Assembly: GCA_022763365.1 (NCBI GenBank)
Contig: JALEGN010000019.1
Span: forward strand, 1-57,037
DNA length: 57,037 bases
From: Minisyncoccota bacterium
GTDB taxonomy: Bacteria; Patescibacteriota; Minisyncoccia; Phycocordibacterales; UBA1006
Direction: 5' to 3'
In this document: in pieces, positions 34,643 to 42,738 of the stretch
How positions within the stretch are numbered: position 1 is the first letter of the stretch
How the letters are laid out: every line of letters starts with the position of its first letter
The notes under the pieces: generated by a model
The model's database searches: none
What the model saw: only the letters and a program-made list of their open reading frames with translations
Told to the model about the DNA's origin: nothing
Made by a program: the position numbers and the translations under genes

Positions 34643-36139
34643 TTAGACCTTATGTTTTCGATGGAGTTTTTTCACGGCTCTAAATTCCTCTTCGTCTTTT
34701 TTATCTTTGCCGGCTTCGCCGAGCTTTTTGAGCTCATGATCTTCGAGCTCAAAAAGCTCTCGCGTTCGACCTTCTAAATACTCTCTGGTATTTAGTGTTG
34801 GGTCATCCAAAACCTCTTCAAGAAGAGCATGGAGTACCCATCCCATTTTAGGTCCAGGTTTCAGTCCCATTTCACCAATCATAATGTCCCCATTAATTTT
34901 TAACATACCAACTGAAATAGGGTCACGCATAACCTCTTCAATCATCGCATGGTACTTCCGTAATCGATACGGTTTTTCTTTTGGACGTCCTGTTCCAATG
35001 CGGTCACAGGTGCGCAAATCCATTAAATCCCAAATGAGTTCTTTACCAACATTTTTAATCATCCGCCTCACTGCTGAGAGGGTGATAGCATCTGGGTCAG
35101 AGAAAAACATGTGATAACGAACGAGTTTCACAACTTTGTCCATAGTTTCATTCGGAAATTTTAATCGACGCATAATCTCCTTAGTCATCTTTGCACCAAC
35201 AACCTCATGTCCATAAAAAGTCCATTCTTTGCTGCCGCGTCCGTTGGCCTTTCGTCTCGTCCGAGGTTTCCCAATATCATGAAACAGTGCGGCAAGTTTC
35301 ACATAAAATGGATACTCTTTATAAGTTCCATGCTCAAGTGATTTAATATTATGTGTCCAAACATCAAATGAATGAATACCACCTTGCTCGCAGTCTACTC
35401 CTTCAAGCAACTCTGGAACAATGTATTCCAACAACCCGAGCTTATGTAAATGCACCATTCCATCTTTGGCATACGGTGCATCAACCAATTTTATAAACTC
35501 GTCCCGAATACGTTCGGCTGAAATATTAGCCAAAGAGGCAGCGTGTTTTTTAATTGATGTCATCGTTTCAGTTTCACATATGAAACCGAGTTGCGAAGCA
35601 AAGCGTATTGCCCGCATTATCCGAAGGGCATCTTCGGAAAATCGCTCATCAGGATTACCAACCGTCCGAATAACTGAATTACCTAAATCCTCTTTTCCTT
35701 GATAATTATCAATCAGTGAATTATGAATAGGATCATAGGCCATCGCATTAATGGTAAAGTCTCTCCGCATAAGGTCCTCATGAATATCCGTACTAAAGGA
35801 CACATCATCAGGTCTTCGGCTATCAGAATAATTTCCCTCTGTCCTATATGGGGTTATTTCTATTTCATAACCCGGGTGATTTTTTTCAAGGTCTTTGTTA
35901 ATAATACCCACAGTTCCAAAATTATTTTCATATACAACCCGTCGATCAGTTTTTTCAAACACTGAAATAATTTGCTCAGGAGTTGCATTGGTCGTCACAT
36001 CATAATCATGAGGAACTCGGGCGAGGTAGATATCACGAACGCAACCACCTACAATATACGATTCATATCCAGCGTTCTGAAGCTCATTGAGTGTCCAGAT
36101 AACTTCTTTTGGTATGCTATTTTTTTGCACCTCATTCAT
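34643..36139 (-). CDS. cca: CCA-adding tRNA nucleotidyltransferase with HD domain
   Basis: GGCVRDIYL, DYDVTT and RRDFTINAMA motifs, plus HD region LFHDIGKP. 498 aa. Confidence 0.93.
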   Translation of the reverse strand: MNEVQKNSIPKEVIWTLNELQNAGYESYIVGGCVRDIYLARVPHDYDVTTNATPEQIISVFEKTDRRVVYENNFGTVGIINKDLEKNHPGYEIEITPYRTEGNYSDSRRPDDVSFSTDIHEDLMRRDFTINAMAYDPIHNSLIDNYQGKEDLGNSVIRTVGNPDERFSEDALRIMRAIRFASQLGFICETETMTSIKKHAASLANISAERIRDEFIKLVDAPYAKDGMVHLHKLGLLEYIVPELLEGVDCEQGGIHSFDVWTHNIKSLEHGTYKEYPFYVKLAALFHDIGKPRTRRKANGRGSKEWTFYGHEVVGAKMTKEIMRRLKFPNETMDKVVKLVRYHMFFSDPDAITLSAVRRMIKNVGKELIWDLMDLRTCDRIGTGRPKEKPYRLRKYHAMIEEVMRDPISVGMLKINGDIMIGEMGLKPGPKMGWVLHALLEEVLDDPTLNTREYLEGRTRELFELEDHELKKLGEAGKDKKDEEEFRAVKKLHRKHKV

Positions 36140-36145
36140 ACATCG

Positions 36146-36151
36146 AGTATA
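36146..36151 (-). promoter_or_regulatory. -10 box TATACT, 6 nt from cca ATG
   Basis: CTTATACT-CGATGT-ATG. Confidence 0.55.
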
Positions 36152-36257
36152 AGGTCTTCGGATATTTCAGCAAGATAGCATATGGATAAATTATTGACGT
36201 TTATAACTATAGTTGTAGTATAAAAATCAAATAATATTCACAAAAAAATATATCCTC

Positions 36258-37652
36258 ATGACACTATTTAAAGTAGGGCCTTTCGGTCAGGCAAAAAAGA
36301 TGATTAAAAATCTAGAGAAAGATTCAAAAATTAGTAAAGAAGAAAAATCTGAACTCCTTAATGAATTAAAAAAAATCAAGAAAAGTAACTCAGGAACTCA
36401 CCGTTCCCAATTACGCAATTTTAGAATCAAATTAGATTCTCTTAATGTAGAGAAGGTACGAATCCAAAAAGAAACTAATGAAATAAAAAACGAAGGCAAA
36501 GAAATTAATTCAGAAAACAAACAGCCGCTTACCTTAGTAAAAGCACAGACAGATTCTTCTGAAATTTTGAATGAAGATGAAAGCGACTATAAACAGGTTA
36601 AAGAACTTCTTAACACACTTGAGGAAACAGGAAATAAAGTTTCCCTCACTGGTGTTGATTTTTTCAAAGCGCGTAAGTCAATTGGCGATCCAACTTTTTT
36701 GGAAAATATTACTAATCGAAAAGAGTATAAAAAAGAAGCTCACGAATTAATTGAAAATTCCAACGAAGAAAATTTTCATGACATTGCCATTTTCTTCAAA
36801 AATAAAAAAGAAACTAAAAACCTCAATCGAGTTCTCCAGAAACACCTAAGGAATTGCTCAAGAGTACGTATGCTTCGAACCGTCCAAGAAATCTACGGAG
36901 GGACTTCGGAAGAAGCTAAATACACCGTTGCCAATATCTACTTGACCCAAGGCGATTACAAATCAGCTCGAGAAGTGTATCCAATTGGAGATCTTGCACA
37001 AACGGCTCTTGGAGCCTGCTTACGCTATGCCCGCGAACATCACGATCACCTAACTGAATTACACTGTTCAGTTGAAATGAACAATGAACAATGTATGGTT
37101 CAATCAATACAGAGGTTATGGGAATCACACAAGAGTATTCTAGAGATTAATTCTCTGGTAAAAGATTTACCACGAGCTCACAGCTCGTTTGAAATACTTT
37201 TGAAAAAACTCATTAATGAAGAACATGGCGAAAACACAAAAACTTTTGTTCAAATAAAAAATCTTTTTAAGATAAAGAATACTTACAAAGAAACAGCAAA
37301 GTTATTGATTCGCAAATTAGCTCATCTTGGAAAATATAAAAAGATGAAACTAATCATGGAAACTCAAGGTATAGAACCTCAAGAAGATTTTGTTAAATTT
37401 GTTTGCTCAAATTTACAAGATCAGTTAGTGCAAAATCATAAGTTTAACGAGGAACAAGAATTACTAGGATTATATACATTCCTTAACAATCACAACTACG
37501 GCTCTATGGTAGCGAAACTAAAAGACGTTATTATTGGGTACTATCAACGAATAAATAACTTCGATGAATATATGAGCTTCAATGAACTTATGTGGAATAT
37601 CGAACGAGAAAGAATAACAAAAGAAGAAAAATCAGCGGTCATCGCTGCATAA
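36258..37652 (+). CDS. Hypothetical cytoplasmic helical protein
   Basis: 464-aa ORF with a Lys/Glu-rich N-terminus and no TM helix. No family recognised. Confidence 0.7.
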   Translation: MTLFKVGPFGQAKKMIKNLEKDSKISKEEKSELLNELKKIKKSNSGTHRSQLRNFRIKLDSLNVEKVRIQKETNEIKNEGKEINSENKQPLTLVKAQTDSSEILNEDESDYKQVKELLNTLEETGNKVSLTGVDFFKARKSIGDPTFLENITNRKEYKKEAHELIENSNEENFHDIAIFFKNKKETKNLNRVLQKHLRNCSRVRMLRTVQEIYGGTSEEAKYTVANIYLTQGDYKSAREVYPIGDLAQTALGACLRYAREHHDHLTELHCSVEMNNEQCMVQSIQRLWESHKSILEINSLVKDLPRAHSSFEILLKKLINEEHGENTKTFVQIKNLFKIKNTYKETAKLLIRKLAHLGKYKKMKLIMETQGIEPQEDFVKFVCSNLQDQLVQNHKFNEEQELLGLYTFLNNHNYGSMVAKLKDVIIGYYQRINNFDEYMSFNELMWNIERERITKEEKSAVIAA

Positions 37653-37704
37653 TATATATCCCTTATCATTAAGATGAGGGATTTTTATTTTTGTGAGCAA
37701 TTCT

Positions 37705-37713
37705 TGGTATACT
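37705..37713 (+). promoter_or_regulatory. Extended -10 TGGTATACT, 6 nt from ATG at 37720
   Basis: TTGGTATACT-ACAGAT-ATG. Confidence 0.6.
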
Positions 37714-37719
37714 ACAGAT

Positions 37720-39474
37720 ATGAATTACGAAAATATCAAACAGAATCTCTCAAAAATCCTTGAAGGTGATGTCACAATTGATAATGCAGAATTGACGAGT
37801 CATAGTACCGACTGGAGTCTTTTTAAAATCATGCCGGACATGGTGGTCTATCCAAAACACGCACAAGATTTAGAACAACTGGTTTCATTTGTAAATGATT
37901 ACAACAACAATTCACATGAAAAATTATCATTAACAGCTCGTGCAGCTGGTTCTGGAATGTCAGGCGGATCGTTGAATCATTCTATTATTGTTGACGTTAC
38001 TAAATACATGAACGCCATTGGCGAAGTAACCATTGGAGATTTTGGATCTCAATCAGTGCGGGGAAATTTCAGCTATCCTATTACGGGTTACGCTACGGTA
38101 GAGCCGGGTTCAAAATATATTCCTTTTGAGGAACAAACAATGGAGCACAATATGCTCATGCCAACCTTCCCTGCCTCACGAAAATTATGTGCTATTGGTG
38201 GAATGGTTGCCAATAACGGAGCTGGAGAAAAATCATTAAAATATGGTCAAAACAAAGATTTTGTTCAATCACTCAAGGTCATCTTAGCTGACGGAAACGA
38301 GTACACACTCGAGCCAATGAATTATGATCAATTGCGGAAACTCATTTCTAAAAAACATTTTTATGCTCAGATTGCTGGGGAAATGTATGAACTCGTGAAA
38401 AAGAATTTTGATCTCATTCAGTCTAAAAAACCTACGACCAGTAAAAACTCAGCAGGATACCTTATTTGGGATGCCTTACAAGCAAAATCAATCGAAGATT
38501 TTGAAAACGGAAATGGATTCTTTGATATGACAAAATTAATTGTCGGAGCTCAAGGAACAACAGGAATTATCAGCGAGGTTACCTATAAATTAACAGAACA
38601 TGAAGATAAAGAAGAAATGATTGTTTCGTTCGTTAATGATATTCATCAATTACCAAAAATTGTAGAAGTTTTGAAAAAACATGACCTTGATACCATTGAA
38701 CTCTATGATGACAACACTTTTAAAATCGGTGTTAAATTCTTTGCAGATTTCATTAAAGACAAAGGTTTCTTCCAAGCCATCAAATATTCAGTTCGGTTCC
38801 TGCCAGAATTTTGGATGGCGATAACCGGTGGTGTACCTAAATTTGTCGTATTAGCTGAATCAGCTGATAATGATGCCGAGAAAGTTCATCAGGAAGTACT
38901 GGCAGAATTTGAAGATCTTAAAAAAGAAATTCCTGACCTGAAATCATTTGTCGTAAAAGGAAAAGAATCTCAAAAATATTGGGACTTCAGGCATGATAGT
39001 TTCAAACTCCTCACTGAGCACTCTATGAAAACACGTAAAGAAGGGTCAGGAACGCGAACGGCACCATTCATTGATGATATCGCGGTGAACCCAGAACACC
39101 TTCCTGAATATATCCCGCGCCTTGTTGAAATGCTCGAACCCTATAAAGGTGAGTTTATGTACACCATTGCTGGACACCTTGGAAATGGGAATTTCCATAT
39201 TATTCCATTGGTGGATATGAATAAACAGCAAAACAAAGATCACATTGTTGAAATTTCTGAAAAGGTATATGACCTTGCCCTTGAATACAACGGATCAATT
39301 ACTGCTGAACATAACGATGGAATTGTACGAACGCCATTCCTCCCACAAATGTTTGGCGAAGACATGATGACCGTCTTCAAAAAAATTAAAGATATCATGG
39401 ATCCACATAATATCTTTAACCCAGGTAAAAAAATTGGTATGACGAAAGAAGATATTCATAAATATCTCGCATAA
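37720..39474 (+). CDS. FAD-binding (FAD_binding_4/GlcD-like) oxidoreductase, start moved to ATG at 37720
   Basis: ARAAGSGMSGGSL FAD motif and C-terminal GSITAEHNDGIVR. TGGTATACT at 37705-37713 is exactly 6 nt upstream of the ATG and lies inside the GTG-start extension used by the track. Confidence 0.9.
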   Translation: MNYENIKQNLSKILEGDVTIDNAELTSHSTDWSLFKIMPDMVVYPKHAQDLEQLVSFVNDYNNNSHEKLSLTARAAGSGMSGGSLNHSIIVDVTKYMNAIGEVTIGDFGSQSVRGNFSYPITGYATVEPGSKYIPFEEQTMEHNMLMPTFPASRKLCAIGGMVANNGAGEKSLKYGQNKDFVQSLKVILADGNEYTLEPMNYDQLRKLISKKHFYAQIAGEMYELVKKNFDLIQSKKPTTSKNSAGYLIWDALQAKSIEDFENGNGFFDMTKLIVGAQGTTGIISEVTYKLTEHEDKEEMIVSFVNDIHQLPKIVEVLKKHDLDTIELYDDNTFKIGVKFFADFIKDKGFFQAIKYSVRFLPEFWMAITGGVPKFVVLAESADNDAEKVHQEVLAEFEDLKKEIPDLKSFVVKGKESQKYWDFRHDSFKLLTEHSMKTRKEGSGTRTAPFIDDIAVNPEHLPEYIPRLVEMLEPYKGEFMYTIAGHLGNGNFHIIPLVDMNKQQNKDHIVEISEKVYDLALEYNGSITAEHNDGIVRTPFLPQMFGEDMMTVFKKIKDIMDPHNIFNPGKKIGMTKEDIHKYLA

Positions 39475-39475
39475 G

Positions 39476-39507
39476 AAAAACCACCTTTTCTGGGTGGTTT
39501 ATTTTTT
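39476..39507. terminator. Bidirectional terminator
   Basis: AAAAACCACC-TTTTCTG-GGTGGTTTATTTTTTT between the convergent FAD oxidoreductase and cupin-like genes. Confidence 0.8.
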
Positions 39508-40026
39508 TGTAAAAATCTCTCCTTTTAAGGCATCATCTGAATAGATATGCAGGGTTTGCCCCGCCTCCAAACATTGCATGCTATGAATTCCATTACACAT
39601 AGTCCGACTTTGGGCGCAAATACCAAAGGTATCACCAGGTAACATAATCATTGACTGAACAGGTTCTACAATCTTTTGCTGTGTATCAATTATCTTGTAC
39701 AGATGCATAAGATACTTCCCACTAAGTATCTGATAGTACATATATTGTGGATGACCATGAATACGACAACTGGTTTTTGTAGGTTTCCAGTGACCCATAA
39801 TAACCTCAAAATTCTCGTCATACGTTTCATTATCATTGAACTCTTTTCCTAATACTTGCCGTTTATAATGACAATCCTTAGGAGAGTCAAAAGGGATATC
39901 TGATGCTAGAGCAGAAAGCTTTTCATTATTCCTAGCGAATGCTTCAATAAGTGATTCTCGCTGATACTGTGATTTTAGGGCAAGTACATACCCTAAAATG
40001 TTATTGGTATGATTAACTTGCTTCAT
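39499..40026 (-). CDS. Cupin-like protein (cysteine-dioxygenase-type pattern, tentative)
   Basis: 175 aa. SCRIHGHPQYMYYQILSGKYLMHLY resembles the .IHDH....(V/I)L.G.L motif of type I cupin dioxygenases. Confidence 0.55.
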   Translation of the reverse strand: MKQVNHTNNILGYVLALKSQYQRESLIEAFARNNEKLSALASDIPFDSPKDCHYKRQVLGKEFNDNETYDENFEVIMGHWKPTKTSCRIHGHPQYMYYQILSGKYLMHLYKIIDTQQKIVEPVQSMIMLPGDTFGICAQSRTMCNGIHSMQCLEAGQTLHIYSDDALKGEIFTKK

Positions 40027-40061
40027 AATTTTATTTTATTTACTTTTAGTATAACCAAAAT

Positions 40062-40088
40062 AAAAAACCTGCCTATGCAGGTTTCTTT
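40062..40088 (-). terminator. Intrinsic terminator
   Basis: AAAAAACCTGC-CTAT-GCAGGTTTCTTT after 40090..40755. Confidence 0.8.
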
Positions 40089-40089
40089 A

Positions 40090-40755
40090 TTATTCAACAT
40101 TTTCAGGTCTTCCAAGAGGTCGTTTAGTTCTGGTTGAACCAACAACGTGATTAGTCTTACCTTTCTTTTTCAGGTACTCCTGATAAATCTTTTGCTCCTT
40201 TTCATATTCTTGATAGAACTCCTTCAGCTCGAGACTTAAATTAGTTTTAAAGATATTCCAAGACATCTTTTCTACCTTTCCATTAGAATGGTATTCAGTA
40301 CGGTTACACTCCCACCAATGCTTGGTTCCTTTTTTGTTACGCTTAGGATACATTTTCGCTTTACACTCAGGACATAATGGCTGACTCTCTAGTATCGTTT
40401 TGACGATCAATGACCAGCTCATCAATTTCTGAATGAAATTTTTGGTCCTTCTGATTTGTGGCGATGAATAAATTCGCGTATCACCATCAAGCAGTGAAAC
40501 CCATGCGCAACGATTTTCTTTAATCGTAGTTTTACTCTCACGACTAAAGGTCGTATAGACTTTAACTGACAAACGGCCGACACTGAATATAAACGCTGTA
40601 TTGCTTCCTTCTTGGTGAAGTTTTCGATCACCTAAGGCTAGTCGTTCAAACATCTGTTGCTCCTCTTTCTCAGTTACTTTTCGAAATCCATTATTCTTAA
40701 AAAATTTCTCTATTTTTTTGAAATCTGATTCTTTAAATTCAATATACTCTGGCAT
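40090..40755 (-). CDS. Hypothetical protein with zinc-ribbon (CPEC...C....H)
   Basis: 221 aa with CPECKAKMYPKRNKKGTKHWWECNRTEYH and a basic C-terminus. Confidence 0.65.
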   Translation of the reverse strand: MPEYIEFKESDFKKIEKFFKNNGFRKVTEKEEQQMFERLALGDRKLHQEGSNTAFIFSVGRLSVKVYTTFSRESKTTIKENRCAWVSLLDGDTRIYSSPQIRRTKNFIQKLMSWSLIVKTILESQPLCPECKAKMYPKRNKKGTKHWWECNRTEYHSNGKVEKMSWNIFKTNLSLELKEFYQEYEKEQKIYQEYLKKKGKTNHVVGSTRTKRPLGRPENVE

Positions 40756-40991
40756 ATCTCTTGTTTTTAATATTTGAATTTAATATTAGTATTTTTTTCT
40801 AAAGAATCAAGAAAGATAAGGCTTATACAATGGAGATTTACACCTTTTAAGTAAAAGACGCCAGGACTTACTGCATGCTAAAATTTCATATTCACCTGGT
40901 TCATTAAAATTTTACCCTGTATAAAATAGTTTGGACTCGGTCACAAGTAATTTTCCTGACGAATAATCTCCAAGATTATTCTGCGGTGGAC

Positions 40992-41031
40992 ATATATAAA
41001 AACAGCCCCAAATTTTGCTGTTTTTATATAT
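40992..41031 (-). terminator. Long AT-rich hairpin immediately 3' of tRNA-Arg
   Basis: Perfect 15-bp inverted repeat ATATATAAAAACAGC / GCTGTTTTTATATAT with a 10-nt loop. Confidence 0.7.
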
Positions 41032-41032
41032 T

Positions 41033-41104
41033 TGCACCCGCCAGGACTCGAACCTGGAATAACGGTTCCGAAGACCGTTGTGATATCCATTTCACCACAG
41101 GTGG
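41033..41104 (-). tRNA. tRNA-Arg (anticodon UCG), no encoded CCA
   Basis: Hand-folded cloverleaf: D arm GTGA/TCAC, anticodon stem ACGGT/ACCGT with loop CTTCGGA (anticodon TCG), T arm CCAGG-TTCGAGT-CCTGG. The acceptor pairs at 6 of 7 positions (C1 opposite C72). Followed by AAT, not CCA. Confidence 0.8.
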
Positions 41105-41127
41105 AGAAGCTTTATTAAGCTGACATA

Positions 41128-41155
41128 AGTATAGATATTTTAAGTATTTACGCAA
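41128..41155 (-). promoter_or_regulatory. Promoter of tRNA-Arg: TTGCGT-16 nt-TATACT
   Basis: -35 at 41150-41155 and -10 at 41128-41133 on the reverse strand, about 23 nt upstream of the tRNA 5' end. Confidence 0.55.
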
Positions 41156-41478
41156 GTTTTTTATATTTGTATACATAGATGGGGTATATCTCAAAAATGT
41201 GAGGGTATTTTTATGAAAATTTGACAAAAAAAGCCATAAAACAAAAAAAGACGCAATTTAAAATACTTAATATCAAGCATAAAATCAAATAGATTTAATA
41301 AAATAACAAACAAAATAAGGGTCTTAGAAAAGAGTTGTTTATAAATCAGTGCAAGCTGTGGATAACTTTGGGTATAAGGGGGATAAAAGACAAAAAGTAT
41401 AGTGACTTTTATAAAAGACATTTATGTTTAAATTGATGGTTTAATCCAATGAAACCTTACATAATCAATAAAATTAAG

Positions 41479-42304
41479 GTTTCACGTGAAAACCAGCTTA
41501 TTAAATCATTCGTTTCATATTAAACATCACTTAAATACTAAAAACTTATTTAAATTAAAAATGGAATTGTATTCAATAGAGCATCTTAGAAAGAGATGTT
41601 ATATACAAAACAATTAGATACTAAAATATTAGTACAGATAGAAAATTAATAATTGATTATTAATAAGGTGTTTCACATGAAACTTAGAAAACTCCTTCAA
41701 AATAATTCAAATAAATAAGAATCTAATAAGAAAAATACTCAAATAAATTTATCCTTAATAAGTGCTATAGTAGTTTCATATGAAACGTTTCACCGCTCTA
41801 AAGCAGAAGATTGGTAAATATGGAGAAGATATCTGTGTCAAATGGCTTGAAAATAATAATTACACGATCACAGAAAGAAACTTCACAACAAGATCAGGAG
41901 AAATAGATATTATTGCTCAAAAAACCAAAATACTCCATTTTATTGAAGTTAAAAGTATTATTAACAGAAACAACTCCAATGTTACACATGAAACATATAA
42001 TCCCGCAGAAAATATGACAAAAGCAAAGATCTCAAAGTGTTATAGTGTGATACATGAATATAAACAACTACATAAGGTTACACATGAAACACAACTAGAT
42101 TTATACATGGTATTTATTGATAATAATAATCGTAAACATAGAATAAAAAGAATCGAGAATATATTCTAAAATAATTGTTACACATGAAACAATTTAATCC
42201 CGTTTAATAAACCAAACTCAAGGAAAAGTATTCTTAAATAACAACAAACTTTCAGCATGTTTCTTTTTCACATAAAACACTAATATATCGAGAAACCGTG
42301 AAAC
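41479..42304 (+). repeat. Dispersed, same-orientation array of dyad motif GTT(T/A)CA-NN-TGAAAC
   Basis: Copies start at 41479, 41670, 41773, 41981, 42077 and 42177 (the last three are the identical 14-mer GTTACACATGAAAC). Degenerate copies start at 42265 and 42292. Confidence 0.85.
41780..42169 (+). CDS. yraN: YraN/UPF0102 family endonuclease-like protein
   Basis: 129 aa. GKYGEDICVKWLENNNYTITERNFTTRSGEIDIIAQKTKILHFIEVKS matches the G..GE..A..YL...G..I..RN.R...GEIDIIA......FVEVK pattern. Confidence 0.8.
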   Translation: MKRFTALKQKIGKYGEDICVKWLENNNYTITERNFTTRSGEIDIIAQKTKILHFIEVKSIINRNNSNVTHETYNPAENMTKAKISKCYSVIHEYKQLHKVTHETQLDLYMVFIDNNNRKHRIKRIENIF

Positions 42305-42438
42305 TTTTAAATTATTTTTAAAATAAAAGGTTATTTTAAATGAAAAAATGAAACTACTATAATTTAAGAAATAGTAATGAACTATACTAATGTCAACTTT
42401 ATCCATCCAACATCCATAAATTAGACATAGACAAAAGA

Positions 42439-42466
42439 TTGCTCAAATTCATCTTTATGGTAGTAT
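42439..42466 (+). promoter_or_regulatory. Promoter of tRNA-Pro: TTGCTC-16 nt-(TGG)TAGTAT
   Basis: The -10 hexamer ends 13 nt before the tRNA 5' end. Confidence 0.5.
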
Positions 42467-42479
42467 AGCTGTGTTATAT

Positions 42480-42552
42480 CGGGGTGTGGTGTAACGGCTA
42501 ACATGCTCGTTTTGGGTACGAGTGACTCCGGGTTCGAATCCCGGCTCCCCGA
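42480..42552 (+). tRNA. tRNA-Pro (anticodon UGG), no encoded CCA
   Basis: Hand-folded cloverleaf: acceptor CGGGGTG/CTCCCCG (C1-G72, U6-U67 mismatch), anticodon stem CTCGT/ACGAG with loop TTTGGGT, T arm CCGGG-TTCGAAT-CCCGG, discriminator A, then CAA. Confidence 0.9.
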
Positions 42553-42562
42553 CAAAAAATAG

Positions 42563-42594
42563 AACTAATAGCTTTCGCTATTAGTTTTATTTTT
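42563..42594 (+). terminator. Intrinsic terminator after tRNA-Pro
   Basis: AACTAATAGC-TTTC-GCTATTAGTT followed by TTATTTTT. Confidence 0.8.
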
Positions 42595-42738
42595 ATGACG
42601 GAGAATCAAGGAATTCCCTCAGGTTTCATCACAGGAGTATTTCTAAAAATATATTCATTTCATTCATTATTTTAAGTTATACTAGGAGCGATAGCGAGCA
42701 GCAAATCCCAATTTCCAAATTCTATATAAAAAAACCAA

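Noticed and set aside
18095-37719. N-terminal extensions in the ORF track using upstream GTG or TTG starts (20896-20919, 26121-26150, 32096-32128, 37693-37719, 18095-18115, 29744-29773)
   Set aside because: Each extension contains a terminator hairpin or the gene's own TATACT-type -10 box. The downstream ATG yields the canonical family N-terminus (e.g. MKIISWNVNG for Xth, MKFAKVYS for ComM).
6766-41365. Chromosomal origin (oriC), suggested by perfect DnaA-box 9-mers TGTGGATAA at 6766-6774, 33520-33528 and 41357-41365
   Set aside because: The boxes are isolated singletons tens of kb apart rather than a cluster. No dnaA or dnaN is nearby and there is no clear strand-bias switch in gene orientation. 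Three copies is only a modest excess over the roughly 0.4 expected.
41479-42304. Possible CRISPR array, because of the repeated short dyad motif in AT-rich non-coding DNA
   Set aside because: The conserved unit is only about 14-17 nt. Spacing is irregular (88-208 nt), copies extend into a CDS, and no cas genes are in the window. Reported instead as an unexplained motif array.
41024-42406. Track ORFs 41024..41227, 41191..41421 and 42218..42406 in the AT-rich gap
   Set aside because: The first overlaps tRNA-Arg and its promoter. All three are Phe/Ile/Lys/Leu-rich translations typical of random AT-rich DNA, with no start context or terminator.
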